In this document: positions 42,189 to 53,012 of the stretch, one piece after another
Layout of the letters: each line of letters opens with the position of its first letter
Position numbering within the stretch: the stretch's first letter is position 1
Origin: Coleofasciculus sp. B1-GNL1-01
GTDB lineage: Bacteria > Cyanobacteriota > Cyanobacteriia > Cyanobacteriales > Coleofasciculaceae
Direction: 5' to 3' (one strand)
Length of the DNA: 64,000 nt
Assembly (NCBI GenBank): GCA_040220235.1
Contig: JAVJTO010000047.1
Translations under genes and position numbers: made by a program
Notes under the pieces: model-generated
Database searches by the model: none
Told to the model about the DNA's origin: nothing
The model's input: only the letters and a program-made list of their open reading frames with translations

Positions 42189-43172
42189 ATGGTTCAACAT
42201 CATATCCAGCCTGATAGCGAAATCCCTGCTTCAAAGCAGCTATTCGACCAAATTCAGTTTGCGATCGCCTCTCGTCAATATCCGCCGGGACATAAATTGC
42301 CTAGTACCCGTCAGTTAGCCATGGAGACAGGGTTGCATCGGAATACAATCAGTAAAGTATACCGCCAGCTAGAAGAAACCGGACTGGTTGAATCCATCGC
42401 CGGATCAGGAATTTATGTGAAAGCCCAGGGTCATGAAGGGGGAACGCAGCGTCAATCTCCGATTCTCCAGCAATATCCACAAGCATCGGGTATTGTTCAG
42501 CAGAGTCTGGATGAATTACTCTCTCAAGGGTGTTCACTCAATGAAGCCCGCGAACTCTTTTTAGCCGAAATTGACTGGCGGTTGCGCTGTAGTGCTAGAG
42601 TGCTGGTTACCGTAGAGTCACGAGATATGGGCGCTGGGGAGTTAATGGTGCAGGAATTGGAATCCGCCCTGGGAATTCCCGTCCAGTTAGTCCCCTTAGA
42701 AGAATTAGAACAAACCCTAGAACGCACCAATTCCGGAACAGTCGTCACTAGCCGTTATTTTATCCAAAAAGCCGAAGCGATCGCCGCGCCGAAATCTGTG
42801 CGGGTGATTCCTGTGGATATCCACGACTATGGACAAGAAATCGAGATTGTTAAAAGTCTTCCCAAAGATAGTTGTCTGGGCTGTGTGAGTCTGAGTGGGG
42901 GTATTCTACGGATTGTAGATGTGATTATCCACAGTTTGCGTGGGGATGATTTACTCCTGATTACGGCTCAGGTTAATGATAAATATAAACTGAATGCCTT
43001 AGTTCGTAGTGCGCGAACGATTATTAGCGATCAAGCTAGTTATGATACCGTTAAACGGGCAATTCTAGACGCCAGGGATGATCTGATCCGTCCGCCTAAG
43101 CTGGTTTGCAGTGAAAATTATATTGGGACAAAATCGATTAATTTACTCAAACGTGAGTTGGGTTTAGGGTAA
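42189..43172 (+). CDS. plmA: GntR-family regulator, cyanobacterial PlmA subfamily
   Basis: SEIPASKQL, KLPSTRQLAMETGLHRNTISKVY, EIDWRLRCSARVLV, SINLLKRELG; ATG at 42189. Confidence 0.88.
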   Translation: MVQHHIQPDSEIPASKQLFDQIQFAIASRQYPPGHKLPSTRQLAMETGLHRNTISKVYRQLEETGLVESIAGSGIYVKAQGHEGGTQRQSPILQQYPQASGIVQQSLDELLSQGCSLNEARELFLAEIDWRLRCSARVLVTVESRDMGAGELMVQELESALGIPVQLVPLEELEQTLERTNSGTVVTSRYFIQKAEAIAAPKSVRVIPVDIHDYGQEIEIVKSLPKDSCLGCVSLSGGILRIVDVIIHSLRGDDLLLITAQVNDKYKLNALVRSARTIISDQASYDTVKRAILDARDDLIRPPKLVCSENYIGTKSINLLKRELGLG

Positions 43173-43292
43173 TTAGGGGTTGCTGAATAAGTATTGTGGT
43201 GAGGATAGGGAACTCTTAACAGGGAACGGTTGTAGTGCGAGCGTCTCGCTCGCTATTTTGTATGTTTTTATCTATCAAGTTATCTCAGTGCC

Positions 43293-43961
43293 ATGCCTAA
43301 GTTTACCTTTGCCGCTATCTCTCTAGACGATCTAAAATCCTTCATTCACCTTCATGAAGGATTCATCGGTAACTATGAATGGAACCAAACTGATTCTATT
43401 GTCCTAACAGAGCATGAACAGCAGCGAGTCACAGAGGTAAGTGCCTATTTACTCAACCATGACACAACCCTGATGAATGAAGCAACAGTCTGGGGGAAGG
43501 CAATTTTTCCATTGCTGATCCTAGCTGAACACAATAATATCGAAGCTTGGGCAGAGGTAACGCTCAAAGCACAATACAAAACCTTTGAGTTAGAAGGTGT
43601 AGCGGATGGTGTACTGGGCAAAAGTGCGATCGGTCGAATTGAAGCGCCTTATCTTGTTGTTTTAGAAGCCAAAAAAGGTCTTGATGCCCAAAACCCTGTT
43701 TATCAGCTTTACGGTCAACTCTTGACGGCTGCCCATTTAAATTGGCAACTCAATGGTAACGATCCCCAAGAAATGTTTGGGTGCTACACGATTGGTGATA
43801 CTTGGAAGTTTATCCGGGCAGAGATTTCCGAGATTACCAGCGATCATCCCGTTCTTAAAACTGAATACTCTCGCGAATATGCTGAAAAACTAGAGGCAGA
43901 AACGATTCTCAAGCTCCTCAAAAGCATCGTACAACGTTATGTGTACCAACCTAACCGTTAG
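43293..43961 (+). CDS. Hypothetical PD-(D/E)XK-like protein
   Basis: GVADGVLG...VVLEAKKG...QLYGQL, GCYTIGDTWKF. Confidence 0.7.
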   Translation: MPKFTFAAISLDDLKSFIHLHEGFIGNYEWNQTDSIVLTEHEQQRVTEVSAYLLNHDTTLMNEATVWGKAIFPLLILAEHNNIEAWAEVTLKAQYKTFELEGVADGVLGKSAIGRIEAPYLVVLEAKKGLDAQNPVYQLYGQLLTAAHLNWQLNGNDPQEMFGCYTIGDTWKFIRAEISEITSDHPVLKTEYSREYAEKLEAETILKLLKSIVQRYVYQPNR

Positions 43962-44040
43962 GCGGTACAGCGGTAGAGACAAGCCTCGGCAGTCTCTACA
44001 GACTAATTCGCTCTAGCAATACTTCATTAATAACTGTTTG

Positions 44041-44136
44041 AGCACTGATTATCCGAAGCTTTTCACCGCGCATTGTAAAAACAACTACGATCATTGAGCC
44101 ATTTTCCGCTTCCCCAATTGCCCATTCTCGTTCATT
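44041..44136 (-). pseudogene. BrnT-family toxin C-terminal remnant
   Basis: Manual translation NEREWAIGEAENGSMIVVVFTMRGEKLRIISA; no start, in-frame stop just upstream. Confidence 0.65.
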
Positions 44137-44346
44137 TTTTTATAGTATATACCAAAATATCGGTCTTCAAGTTATTTTATAGTAGCGATCGCCTTTTCTC
44201 AGCTAGCACATTAACCTAGGTCACGAAACTGGCGATCGCACTGTGCGTCAGGATGAATTCGCCTTTCAGGGAGAGGGCGATCATGTACTCTCAGGGAGCG
44301 AAGTAATATAGAATGGACATAGCGCTTCAGGGAGGAGAATGACACC

Positions 44347-44988
44347 ATGCCTAGGGTTTTAGATCCAAACAAATCCTACACCTTTAGCAAGTATTTTGAT
44401 TTGCCTTACTCACCTGAAGATATTTTAGCAGATTTAGGCTGTACCCTTGAGCGTACCGATCGCGACGATCTTCCCTACACACAATGTCAATTAGATTGGC
44501 TACCTGAATTCGCCCAGAGTATGCAGCGCAGACTGAAACGGGTGAATACCACGACTGAACAGGCACGCCGGGAGGCATTGATTTTTCCGTTGATCGATCA
44601 GATTTGCGATCGCTTAGACTATTCAATCAATATTGAGTATACCGTTAGTGTGAGCAATTGGTTAAAAGGTTCACTCGATTACTATATTTCCAGTCCCAGC
44701 AATTTTCTAATCATTGAAGCCAAGCAATCGGATTTAACCAAAGGTTTTACTCAGCTTGCTGTTGAATTGATTGCCCTCGATCACTGGGTAGACAGTGAGA
44801 GACCAATTTTGTACGGTGCGGTTTCAAGTGGGGAAATTTGGCGATTTGGTCTCTATGATCGAGCTGCACATCATGTGGTGGAATATTTGCCGTTGCATCC
44901 AATACCGCAGAATTTAGAGTTTGTAACGCGGACAATTATGGGAATTTTGCAGGGAGAGGCGATCAGAGACAATTCAGTCTTGATCTGA
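44347..44988 (+). CDS. Hypothetical PD-(D/E)XK-like protein
   Basis: EQARREALIFP, LKGSLDYYI, IIEAKQSDLTKGFTQL, YGAVSSGEIWRFG. Confidence 0.72.
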   Translation: MPRVLDPNKSYTFSKYFDLPYSPEDILADLGCTLERTDRDDLPYTQCQLDWLPEFAQSMQRRLKRVNTTTEQARREALIFPLIDQICDRLDYSINIEYTVSVSNWLKGSLDYYISSPSNFLIIEAKQSDLTKGFTQLAVELIALDHWVDSERPILYGAVSSGEIWRFGLYDRAAHHVVEYLPLHPIPQNLEFVTRTIMGILQGEAIRDNSVLI

Positions 44989-45095
44989 CACGGGGAATCG
45001 CTCTGATAGAGATGGGGGAGATGGGGGAAATTGTAGAGACTCCTAGGCGTGGAACGTATGAGAGATAGGGAAGTTAATTCACGCATCAGGTTCTC

Positions 45096-46031
45096 TTGAG
45101 CGAACGTGTTGGCTCAAAACCATGCCCTCGACGTGATTGCTATATAATTTATAGAAATTCGTGTAATCAGGTAAACATTATGCCCTTATCTGGCAATGAT
45201 AACCGCGACAATCTACTCAATATACCGATCAATCTCCAGCCCAAAAAACAAACTAATGAACGTCAGTTTGAGAGAAAAGAACCCCTGAATTTGACTTCTA
45301 ATTCTTTACAGTTGCAGCTACGGGAAATCGTGCAAATTGCTTGGACGACAGAAGATTCCTTTCGGTATCCACAATTTTTATTGAACCCAAACGATTTGGC
45401 TCAAATCACAACACCCTCAACTGTCGTTGAGGTTCTGCTACGTCATGTAGAACGTATTGCACCTGGATTTAATGTCCCTTATATGGTGCCGCGTGTACTG
45501 GTTACACCACTTGCCTTCGTAGCGGGACTATTTGAAGTAGATGAGGAAGGTTGGGTGACAATCAAAGTCGGGTCACAATTCTTTGCCAACCGACTAGCTG
45601 CACAAGCTATTTTAGCCCATGAAGTTTGCCACTATATTCTGGAAAATTCTGGAATCAGGAAAAATGACTTTACTCTTAACGAGCGTTACACAGATTTATG
45701 TATGTTTGTTTGCGGCTTTGGGCAAATTTTTCTGGCTGGATACAAAGAGGACTTGGCTCAACGTGAGTACCGTCCAGGACATCGATTAGGCTACCTAACA
45801 GATGCTGAATATGAGTCGGCTCAACACTATGTGATGCAATTGCGCCAATCTGGTGAACTAGCACCTCCTAGTGAGTTGGATACTCTCAAGAAACAATTAG
45901 CACAACTGGTCTATGATAAGGAAACTTGTAAACGAATAATTAAGGCAGCACGTAGGAAGTATCCGCATAAGCCAGAACTAGAACTGTACCGGGATGCAAT
46001 CGAACGGCTCGAACGAGATCGCGGACGGTAG
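45096..46031 (+). CDS. HEXXH zinc-metallopeptidase-like protein (start probably 45180 or later)
   Basis: AILAHEVCHYIL, downstream ERYTD and RLGYLT. Confidence 0.7.
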   Translation: MSERVGSKPCPRRDCYIIYRNSCNQVNIMPLSGNDNRDNLLNIPINLQPKKQTNERQFERKEPLNLTSNSLQLQLREIVQIAWTTEDSFRYPQFLLNPNDLAQITTPSTVVEVLLRHVERIAPGFNVPYMVPRVLVTPLAFVAGLFEVDEEGWVTIKVGSQFFANRLAAQAILAHEVCHYILENSGIRKNDFTLNERYTDLCMFVCGFGQIFLAGYKEDLAQREYRPGHRLGYLTDAEYESAQHYVMQLRQSGELAPPSELDTLKKQLAQLVYDKETCKRIIKAARRKYPHKPELELYRDAIERLERDRGR

Positions 46032-46278
46032 AGTTTATCCAAACATGCTCACCTTTTCACCCCATATCCTAAAAACGTCGCTCTCCTAACTCCTATATTT
46101 CCTGTTCGGTTCTGTACAATGGAGTTGGTTTCATCGAAGTGGCATCTGAGGATGGAGCGTCAACAGCACTTTTTGGACGTTTAAAAACGGCTTGTCACCC
46201 CTTCAAGCTCAAAACTTGAAAGACTCCACCTTTTAACTGAGATGGAGTCCGAATAGATGTGACTAAATGAAGCGGAAA

Positions 46279-46626
46279 TTACAGAATGCGGAAGATAAAG
46301 GGATAGCGGAAAGATTGATCAGGATTATTCAATACTTGCAAAATCGCGATAATTGGCATAACAACATTCACGATAGCCAAAAGACCCAGTAGGGGCCAAC
46401 CAATAAGCACAACTGTCAAGATGCCAAAGATTAAGCCGTACAGCCAAAGGTTAAGGTGAAAGTTCAGCGATTCTGTCGCATTTTCTTTGACCACTGGGTC
46501 ATCAGACACTAACAAAACGGCGATCGGAATACCGATAGATACCAACGCCGCACTAATAAAAATTGAGCCATGACAGAGGGCAGATAAAAGCTTGCGTTTG
46601 TCGCTATCATAAACATCATACGTCAT
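46279..46626 (-). CDS. DUF4870 membrane protein
   Basis: SALCHGS, VKENATESLNF, FRYPFIFRIL. Confidence 0.85.
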   Translation of the reverse strand: MTYDVYDSDKRKLLSALCHGSIFISAALVSIGIPIAVLLVSDDPVVKENATESLNFHLNLWLYGLIFGILTVVLIGWPLLGLLAIVNVVMPIIAILQVLNNPDQSFRYPFIFRIL

Positions 46627-46819
46627 GCGACAGTCCTCCTTCCCCTCAAGGGAAACTAACTATTCATTCTGACTGTAGCAGGTTCGCTGAACAATACAGG
46701 TCGTGAATTCCGACCTATGCAGGGGGGATATTCCTCTTATAAGGTATATAGATCCCCAACTTCGTAGGAGTTGTCGGGAATCTTACTTGCATTTGCATAC
46801 CCTACACCCCACACCCCCT

Positions 46820-48205
46820 TTAAGCCGTCAAACTCACCTCTGGCTGAAGTACTCGTTGCTGCTGGTGCTGCTGAATCGGAATCTCGATCGCGAATTCTGC
46901 GCCTTGTCCCGGTGCGGATCGACATTTAAGCTGACCTTGATGTTTATCGACGACGATTTGATAGCTAATGGATAGTCCTAATCCGGTTCCTTTCCCCACA
47001 GGTTTGGTAGTAAAGAAGGGGTCAAAGAGTTGACGCTGAGTTTTCTCAGTCATTCCTGGACCATTATCGATAATTCGGATTGCAACTTGGTTGGGTGCGA
47101 TCGCTTCGGTACGAATCCGAATGGTGGGATGATTTTGTCCATTATCCGTGGTTCTTGATTCCTCTAACGCATCGATCGCATTACTCAATAGGTTCATAAA
47201 CACTTGATTGAGTTGTCCCACGTAGCATTCGACTTTGGGTAAGTCTCCATACTCTTTAACTATTTGAATTTCCCCATATCCAGGTTTTGCCTTGAGTTGA
47301 TTTTGCAGAATCAGCAACGTACCTTCTAACCCTTCATGCAAATCTACCGCCTTTACTTCCGCTTGATCCATCCGGGCAAAGTTACGCAACGACAGCACAA
47401 TCTGGCGAATCCGCTTAGTCCCCACTTCCATTGATTCGAGTAGGTGAGGTAAGTCGTCTCGCAGAAACGCTAAATCCATCTGTTCCGCTGTCGTTTGAAT
47501 TTCCGGGGCGGGTTGGGGATAGTGCTGATCGTAGAGGGAAATTAACTTCAGTAAATCTTGTGCATAATTTTTGGCATGGACTAGATTTCCGAAAATAAAG
47601 TTAACTGGATTATTAATTTCATGGGCTAACCCGGCGACGAGTTGTCCTAAACTGGACATTTTCTCCGTATGAACTAATTGGGCTTGGGCATGTTGCAAGT
47701 CGCGCAACGCCTTTTCTAAGAGGGTGGCTTTTTGTTGAATTTCATCCTGCGATCGCCTGAGTGCAACCTCGGTTTGCTGACGTTCTCTAATTTCAGCTTC
47801 TAAACGCTTATTGGCAGCTTCAAGTTCCACCGCACTGGCAACATCAAAGGCTTTGGGCATTAATGGTATTAATTCTAGGGCAGTATAGACCGAAATTAAT
47901 GCTGTGATTGCTTTGACTAATCCAGATAGCCAATAATCGGGATGCCAAATCGTCCAAATTGCCATCGCATGAGTAGTACCGCAGGCAATGATAAAAGCGG
48001 CAAACATGAGAAAGATCCGGGAAAACGGCAAATTCCGTCGTTGATAAACAAAATAGATTAAGGTTAAGGGAATTGAGGCATAAGCCAGGGCAATGAAGCC
48101 ATCGGATAAGAGATGTAGCCAGACTAAACCGGGCTTCCACAGGTAGCAGTTGCCATGAGGCATGAAAAGTGGGGCAGTCAAACTGTGCGTGATTAACGAC
48201 TGCAT
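46820..48205 (-). CDS. Sensor histidine kinase with ethylene-receptor-type 3-TM domain
   Basis: SDGFIALAYASIP, FIIACGTTH; AGLAHEINNP, QVFMNLLSNA, FDPFFTTK, GTGLGL. Confidence 0.9.
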   Translation of the reverse strand: MQSLITHSLTAPLFMPHGNCYLWKPGLVWLHLLSDGFIALAYASIPLTLIYFVYQRRNLPFSRIFLMFAAFIIACGTTHAMAIWTIWHPDYWLSGLVKAITALISVYTALELIPLMPKAFDVASAVELEAANKRLEAEIRERQQTEVALRRSQDEIQQKATLLEKALRDLQHAQAQLVHTEKMSSLGQLVAGLAHEINNPVNFIFGNLVHAKNYAQDLLKLISLYDQHYPQPAPEIQTTAEQMDLAFLRDDLPHLLESMEVGTKRIRQIVLSLRNFARMDQAEVKAVDLHEGLEGTLLILQNQLKAKPGYGEIQIVKEYGDLPKVECYVGQLNQVFMNLLSNAIDALEESRTTDNGQNHPTIRIRTEAIAPNQVAIRIIDNGPGMTEKTQRQLFDPFFTTKPVGKGTGLGLSISYQIVVDKHQGQLKCRSAPGQGAEFAIEIPIQQHQQQRVLQPEVSLTA

Positions 48206-48575
48206 AATGTCTCCTTATAATCAATAATCAGCTTTTATCTGGTAATATTAAAACGGTTTGAGGGGACTCAATCAGTGATCTGTGAAGCCTTGCATCATGA
48301 CTCAGCCTACTGGCGTGACACAACTGCAATAGTGGAATGGATTTTACGTATTTGAACCTGAAGGAATTGGATTTACCCAAACGGCACTGACTTCAGTATT
48401 CCCCAGAATTAGCAGAAACTAAACCTTCTAGGGTTATAACCTATAGGGTTAATTTTGATTAAAAAAGCTTGACAATTTATAACTTAGGATATAGAAGTTA
48501 GCAACTCAAGCCAACCGACCCAGGATCTCAACTTCTATAATGGAAGGCTGAGTGTTCCGTAATTAGGCGTTTTGA

Positions 48576-50204
48576 ATGTCCACTGAACTTAAGGCTGAAC
48601 TGCAAACGGCGGTTGAACACCGACGGAATTTTGCGATTATTTCCCACCCAGATGCGGGGAAGACGACGCTAACCGAGAAGCTGTTGCTCTATGGAGGTGC
48701 GATTCACGAAGCTGGGGCGGTGAAAGCCCGACGAGCGCAGCGTAAGGCAACGTCGGACTGGATGGCAATGGAACAACAACGGGGAATTTCGATTACCTCG
48801 ACGGTGTTGCAGTTCGCGTACAGGAATCGCCAGATTAATTTGCTGGACACGCCGGGACACCAAGATTTTAGTGAAGATACCTATCGCACATTGGCGGCGG
48901 CGGATAATGCGGTGATGCTGGTGGATGCGGCGAAGGGGTTGGAACCGCAGACGCGCAAGTTATTTGAAGTCTGTCGGATGCGATCGCTACCGATTTTCAC
49001 ATTTATGAACAAGATGGATCGTCCAGCGCGGGAACCCTTGGAACTGTTGGATGAAATTGAACAGGAGTTAGGGTTACAGACATACGCGGTGAATTGGCCC
49101 ATTGGTATGGGCGATCGGTTTAAGGGGGTATTTGACCGCCGTCTGCGACAAATTCACTTATTTGAACGGACAGCGCATGGAAGTAAGGAAGCGGGAGATA
49201 CGGTAATCGATTTGGGAGATTCCCGGATTGAAAAATTGCTGGATCAAGACCTGTATTATCAGTTGAAAGAAGAGTTAGAACTGATTGAGGAGATTGGACC
49301 CGATTTAGATTTAGAGTTGGTGCATCAGGGTCAGATGACGCCTGTATTCTTTGGCAGTGCCATGACCAATTTTGGCGTCAAGCTGTTTTTGGATGCCTTT
49401 TTAGAGTACGCCATGCAACCGGAAGCCTACAAGTCTACTGAGGGGGAAATGCCACCCACCTATCCCGACTTCAGCGGATTTGTATTTAAGCTGCAAGCGA
49501 ATATGGACCCCAAGCACCGGGATAGAGTGGCATTTGTCCGGGTTTGTACAGGTCGATTTGACAAGGACATGACTGTGAACCATGCGCGGACGGGGAAAAC
49601 GGTACGGTTGTCAAGACCCCAGAAATTATTTGCCCAGGGGAGGGAATCTTTGGATGTAGCATATCCAGGGGATGTGATTGGCTTAAATAATCCTGGGGTA
49701 TTTGCGATCGGGGATACGATTTACAATGGCAAGCGTTTGGAGTATGAAGGGATTCCCTGTTTTTCGCCGGAATTATTTGCCTATTTGAAAAATCCCAATC
49801 CTTCTAAATTCAAGCAGTTCCACAAAGGGGTAACTGAGTTGCGCGAAGAGGGGGCGATACAGATTATGTATTCGGTGGATGAATCCAAGCGCGACCCCAT
49901 TTTAGCCGCCGTGGGACAGTTGCAATTTGAGGTGGTTCAGTTCCGCTTACAGAATGAATATGGCGTAGAAACGTTATTAGATATGTTGCCTTATAGTGTT
50001 GCCCGTTGGGTCGCTGGGGGGTGGCAGGCTTTAGAAAAAGCGGGACGGTTGTTTAACACGGCGGTGGTGAAAGATAACTGGGGGCGTCCGGTTTTGTTGT
50101 TTAAGAATGAGTGGAATTTACAACAGGTAATTGGGGATCATCCAGAGTTGCAGTTGAATGCGACAGCGCCTGTGGCGTCGGGACAGGAACCGGATTCCTT
50201 ATGA
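48576..50204 (+). CDS. prfC: Peptide chain release factor 3
   Basis: [48 protein letters not shown]. Confidence 0.98.
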   Translation: MSTELKAELQTAVEHRRNFAIISHPDAGKTTLTEKLLLYGGAIHEAGAVKARRAQRKATSDWMAMEQQRGISITSTVLQFAYRNRQINLLDTPGHQDFSEDTYRTLAAADNAVMLVDAAKGLEPQTRKLFEVCRMRSLPIFTFMNKMDRPAREPLELLDEIEQELGLQTYAVNWPIGMGDRFKGVFDRRLRQIHLFERTAHGSKEAGDTVIDLGDSRIEKLLDQDLYYQLKEELELIEEIGPDLDLELVHQGQMTPVFFGSAMTNFGVKLFLDAFLEYAMQPEAYKSTEGEMPPTYPDFSGFVFKLQANMDPKHRDRVAFVRVCTGRFDKDMTVNHARTGKTVRLSRPQKLFAQGRESLDVAYPGDVIGLNNPGVFAIGDTIYNGKRLEYEGIPCFSPELFAYLKNPNPSKFKQFHKGVTELREEGAIQIMYSVDESKRDPILAAVGQLQFEVVQFRLQNEYGVETLLDMLPYSVARWVAGGWQALEKAGRLFNTAVVKDNWGRPVLLFKNEWNLQQVIGDHPELQLNATAPVASGQEPDSL

Positions 50205-50261
50205 CCTCTCCCCTAACCCCTCTCCAGCCAGGAGAGGGGAATAAAGACCAAGAAAAAACAG

Positions 50262-50312
50262 ATGGCGAATGGAATTCGCAGCTACACAAACAAAGTCCGC
50301 CTGCGCGGACTG
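50262..50312. repeat. AGTCCGCGCAGGCGGACT-family dispersed repeat
   Basis: Inverted copy at 53965-54014, first 32 bp identical. Confidence 0.85.
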
Positions 50313-50562
50313 ATGTTGAGACTGAGTTGACTGAAACAACTACCTGGTCACAATGTACAGTCCAGCAATTCTTTTCCGGATACAGCGAGGCAGATGCTAT
50401 CTATGACAACATTTGATCCCACATTCCGTACTTCGCAGTGAAATACGTAATGATGACGAAAGACCTAAAAGTTTAATCTCAAAAAATCACCCAGCTAGCC
50501 AGCATTTGCGTATTAGTAGAGTTTAGACTACGACAAATTGACTTGCAACAGTGAGCGATTCA

Positions 50563-52269
50563 TTATGTCCATTCCTTTTTAGCCCAATCTACTAGCCGAT
50601 TTTCACGTTCTTCCATGGCGGCTAAGCCCCAATCTTCTTTTTCAAGAATCTCATCAATGAGTTTCAGATGCCTATGCTTTTCGTATATTTCTTTCTTCTG
50701 CGAAAATGGTTTGTTGCTACAAATAGAATTAACACCTGGAGGCAAGAGGACTAAGTTGCCTAATCGATGAACTTGCTTTGTAACATAGCCCTTTTTTGTG
50801 CCAAACTTTCCACGCCATTCCTCAGTTATAGTTTGTGGATGTATGTGTTCTATAGTTTTTGTTGGTGAAGAACTCCAAACTTGTGCCCAAGTTTCTTCAC
50901 TGACTGAACCACCACATTGATTAGCTAGATATTCCTCATAGCGATAGAGAAAATAAATTAACTCATCTTCCCAGCCCTCGTAGCAGTTATTTTCTTTAAG
51001 TTCTTCCGCTGCTTTGTCGGCAGGATAATCTTTTCCTAGTTCAGTGACTTTTTGGAGTATTTCTGAAGCAGAACTACTATTATTATCAGAGAAAATAGTT
51101 CTGGCGAGACGCACATAGTCTCCAACTTTTGTTCTTGCATCTCTCCTCTGTAATCCAAATATTCTAAATGTTACTTTTTCCCATTCTTTTAAGATATTGC
51201 TTTTTTCATCAGCATTTAGTGCCTCATTCAACATAATTGATATCCCCAAAAGCCGAGCATGAGATATTTTAGTCACAGCCATAAGGCGGGAATTAGAAAC
51301 AAAATCTTCTAGTTTGTCAGCAATTTTTAGAAATTTACGAGAAACATCAATCACATCTTTAGGATTATTTTCACATCTTGATCGGAAGAATTCCATAGCA
51401 CTCTCTGCTCCACTTACTTTACTTCCTCCCTTAATGTCCTCTAGGGTCGCTGCAAACCTTAATATTTCTTGTCCCTGTATTCTCTTTAATCCTATAGTTC
51501 TGTAAATTTTTGACCAATCATCTCGAAGGTCTTTTATATACTCTTGGCTAGCATCTTCAAGCTTTTCAAAAGCGATACCCATCAACATACTTTTGCACTT
51601 ATCAAGCCAATCAACTGCCAATCCTCTACTATTCAGCACCTCAAATGTTGTATGTACGGCACCTTCATCATCAAGAACATAGAAAATAAAATCAAGACGA
51701 TTTTTAACTAATTTTAAAAGTTGCAGGGCGTTGGGTTGCCATTTATCTACAAAATCCATACACTCCTTAAATGCACAAATCATGTTTCTATCTGCTAAAG
51801 TTTCGACGTTTTCCTCGCTAGGAATTTCACCTTTTTCCAGATAGTCACGAAATATTCGCTTACTATCATGATTTGTTTGAAGTAGAATTAATCTGCCGTT
51901 TTCTTTGACTAAAAGTTCCTTTAGTTTATTAGACTCTTTTAGTTCAATGTCACTTCCAGAGCTTAATTTTTTGGATATGGCTTTGAGTAGAATGATCAGT
52001 GTAGTTAAACGCTGCTGTCCATCAACAATGTGAAAAATACCAAATTCATCTGCGCCAACTTCCTCTTTTTCACGAGTTTGAAGACAAACAACAGTTGACA
52101 TAAAGTGACGGCGATCACTATTTTGAATTTGACCCAGCTTTTGAATATCTCCAAACAAATCCTTTCTTTGCTTAGTTTCCCAACTATATGCTCGTTGATA
52201 GTCAGGAATTCGGAAAAGTCTTCCTTGAAGTAACTTATCTAGAGTTAGATTATCTGGACGAATACTCAT
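50563..52269 (-). CDS. GmrSD-family (DUF262 + DUF1524/HNH) type IV restriction-like nuclease
   Basis: IPDYQRAYSW, VDGQQRLTT, FEVLNSRG; IEHIHPQ, RLGNLVLL...NS. Confidence 0.9.
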   Translation of the reverse strand: MSIRPDNLTLDKLLQGRLFRIPDYQRAYSWETKQRKDLFGDIQKLGQIQNSDRRHFMSTVVCLQTREKEEVGADEFGIFHIVDGQQRLTTLIILLKAISKKLSSGSDIELKESNKLKELLVKENGRLILLQTNHDSKRIFRDYLEKGEIPSEENVETLADRNMICAFKECMDFVDKWQPNALQLLKLVKNRLDFIFYVLDDEGAVHTTFEVLNSRGLAVDWLDKCKSMLMGIAFEKLEDASQEYIKDLRDDWSKIYRTIGLKRIQGQEILRFAATLEDIKGGSKVSGAESAMEFFRSRCENNPKDVIDVSRKFLKIADKLEDFVSNSRLMAVTKISHARLLGISIMLNEALNADEKSNILKEWEKVTFRIFGLQRRDARTKVGDYVRLARTIFSDNNSSSASEILQKVTELGKDYPADKAAEELKENNCYEGWEDELIYFLYRYEEYLANQCGGSVSEETWAQVWSSSPTKTIEHIHPQTITEEWRGKFGTKKGYVTKQVHRLGNLVLLPPGVNSICSNKPFSQKKEIYEKHRHLKLIDEILEKEDWGLAAMEERENRLVDWAKKEWT

Positions 52270-52472
52270 TAATAAACCTCGTTAAAAGTTTGAATAGATT
52301 TCAGTCTGATATCTATTGCAGTTAATTCGGGAAAGTCGTCTATAATTTTAGCATTAGACATGCTAGCCGCTAGCCAGCCTAGGACATCATAAACGATGAT
52401 ACGTATTTGGCGAATGCAGAGTTTGCTGCCTAGTTTATCTGGCTCAATGGTAATGATATCGCGGTAGCTCAT
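52269..52472 (-). pseudogene. Degenerate DUF433 protein
   Basis: IITIEPDKLGSKLCIRQIRIIVYDVLGWLAA...DDFPEL; the usual GGKP motif is eroded and the C-terminal helix is replaced. Confidence 0.7.
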
Positions 52473-52641
52473 GATGAAAGTAGGCTAAACATAGACCCTA
52501 ATTCAGTGTATAGCAGCTTAATACTGTGCTGCAATGACCGATTCTGATCTGTATGTAGCCAAAAATCCCGACTGGCGCTAGCTACTACGTTATGTAGCCA
52601 ATCGTTAAGCAATTTAGCTCCCCGAAGAAGGATGTCGCTTT

Positions 52642-52896
52642 ATGGCAATTGTTGTCACCCTTAACCCAGAGTTAGAAGCGCTATTGCGTGACAAAGCCGC
52701 TCGGCAAGGTCAAGATGTTGGTCTTGTTGCATCTGAATTACTGGCTCGTGTCTTAGAGTGGGAAGAACAAGATTCAGAGGAAGCGATTAAAGGCATTCAG
52801 CAAGGTTTAGATGATTTTGAGGCGGGTCGATTTCGCTCTTTCCCAGAGTTTGCTGACGAACAACGCCGCAAGTATAGTAACCGCCACAAGGGTTAG
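52642..52896 (+). CDS. Small ParD-like antitoxin (orphan)
   Basis: VTLNPELEALLRDKA...EAIKGIQQGLDDFEAGRFRS; no toxin ORF follows. Confidence 0.65.
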   Translation: MAIVVTLNPELEALLRDKAARQGQDVGLVASELLARVLEWEEQDSEEAIKGIQQGLDDFEAGRFRSFPEFADEQRRKYSNRHKG

Positions 52897-53012
52897 GACA
52901 AACCGACGGGTATTGCAACAAATAAACGGCATCTATCGGATGTTCTCATGCTCCTGACCCAATTTCAGTCAATCCGCTACGATCAATAAAATAGTAGTTT
53001 TGCGATCGCACT

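Noticed and set aside
48576..50204. ICE integration at prfC
   Set aside because: No integrase, att-like direct repeat or duplicated prfC end seen
50111..50416. 101-aa ORF as an intact gene
   Set aside because: Overlaps prfC out of frame and runs through two dispersed repeats; only the last ~35 aa look protein-like
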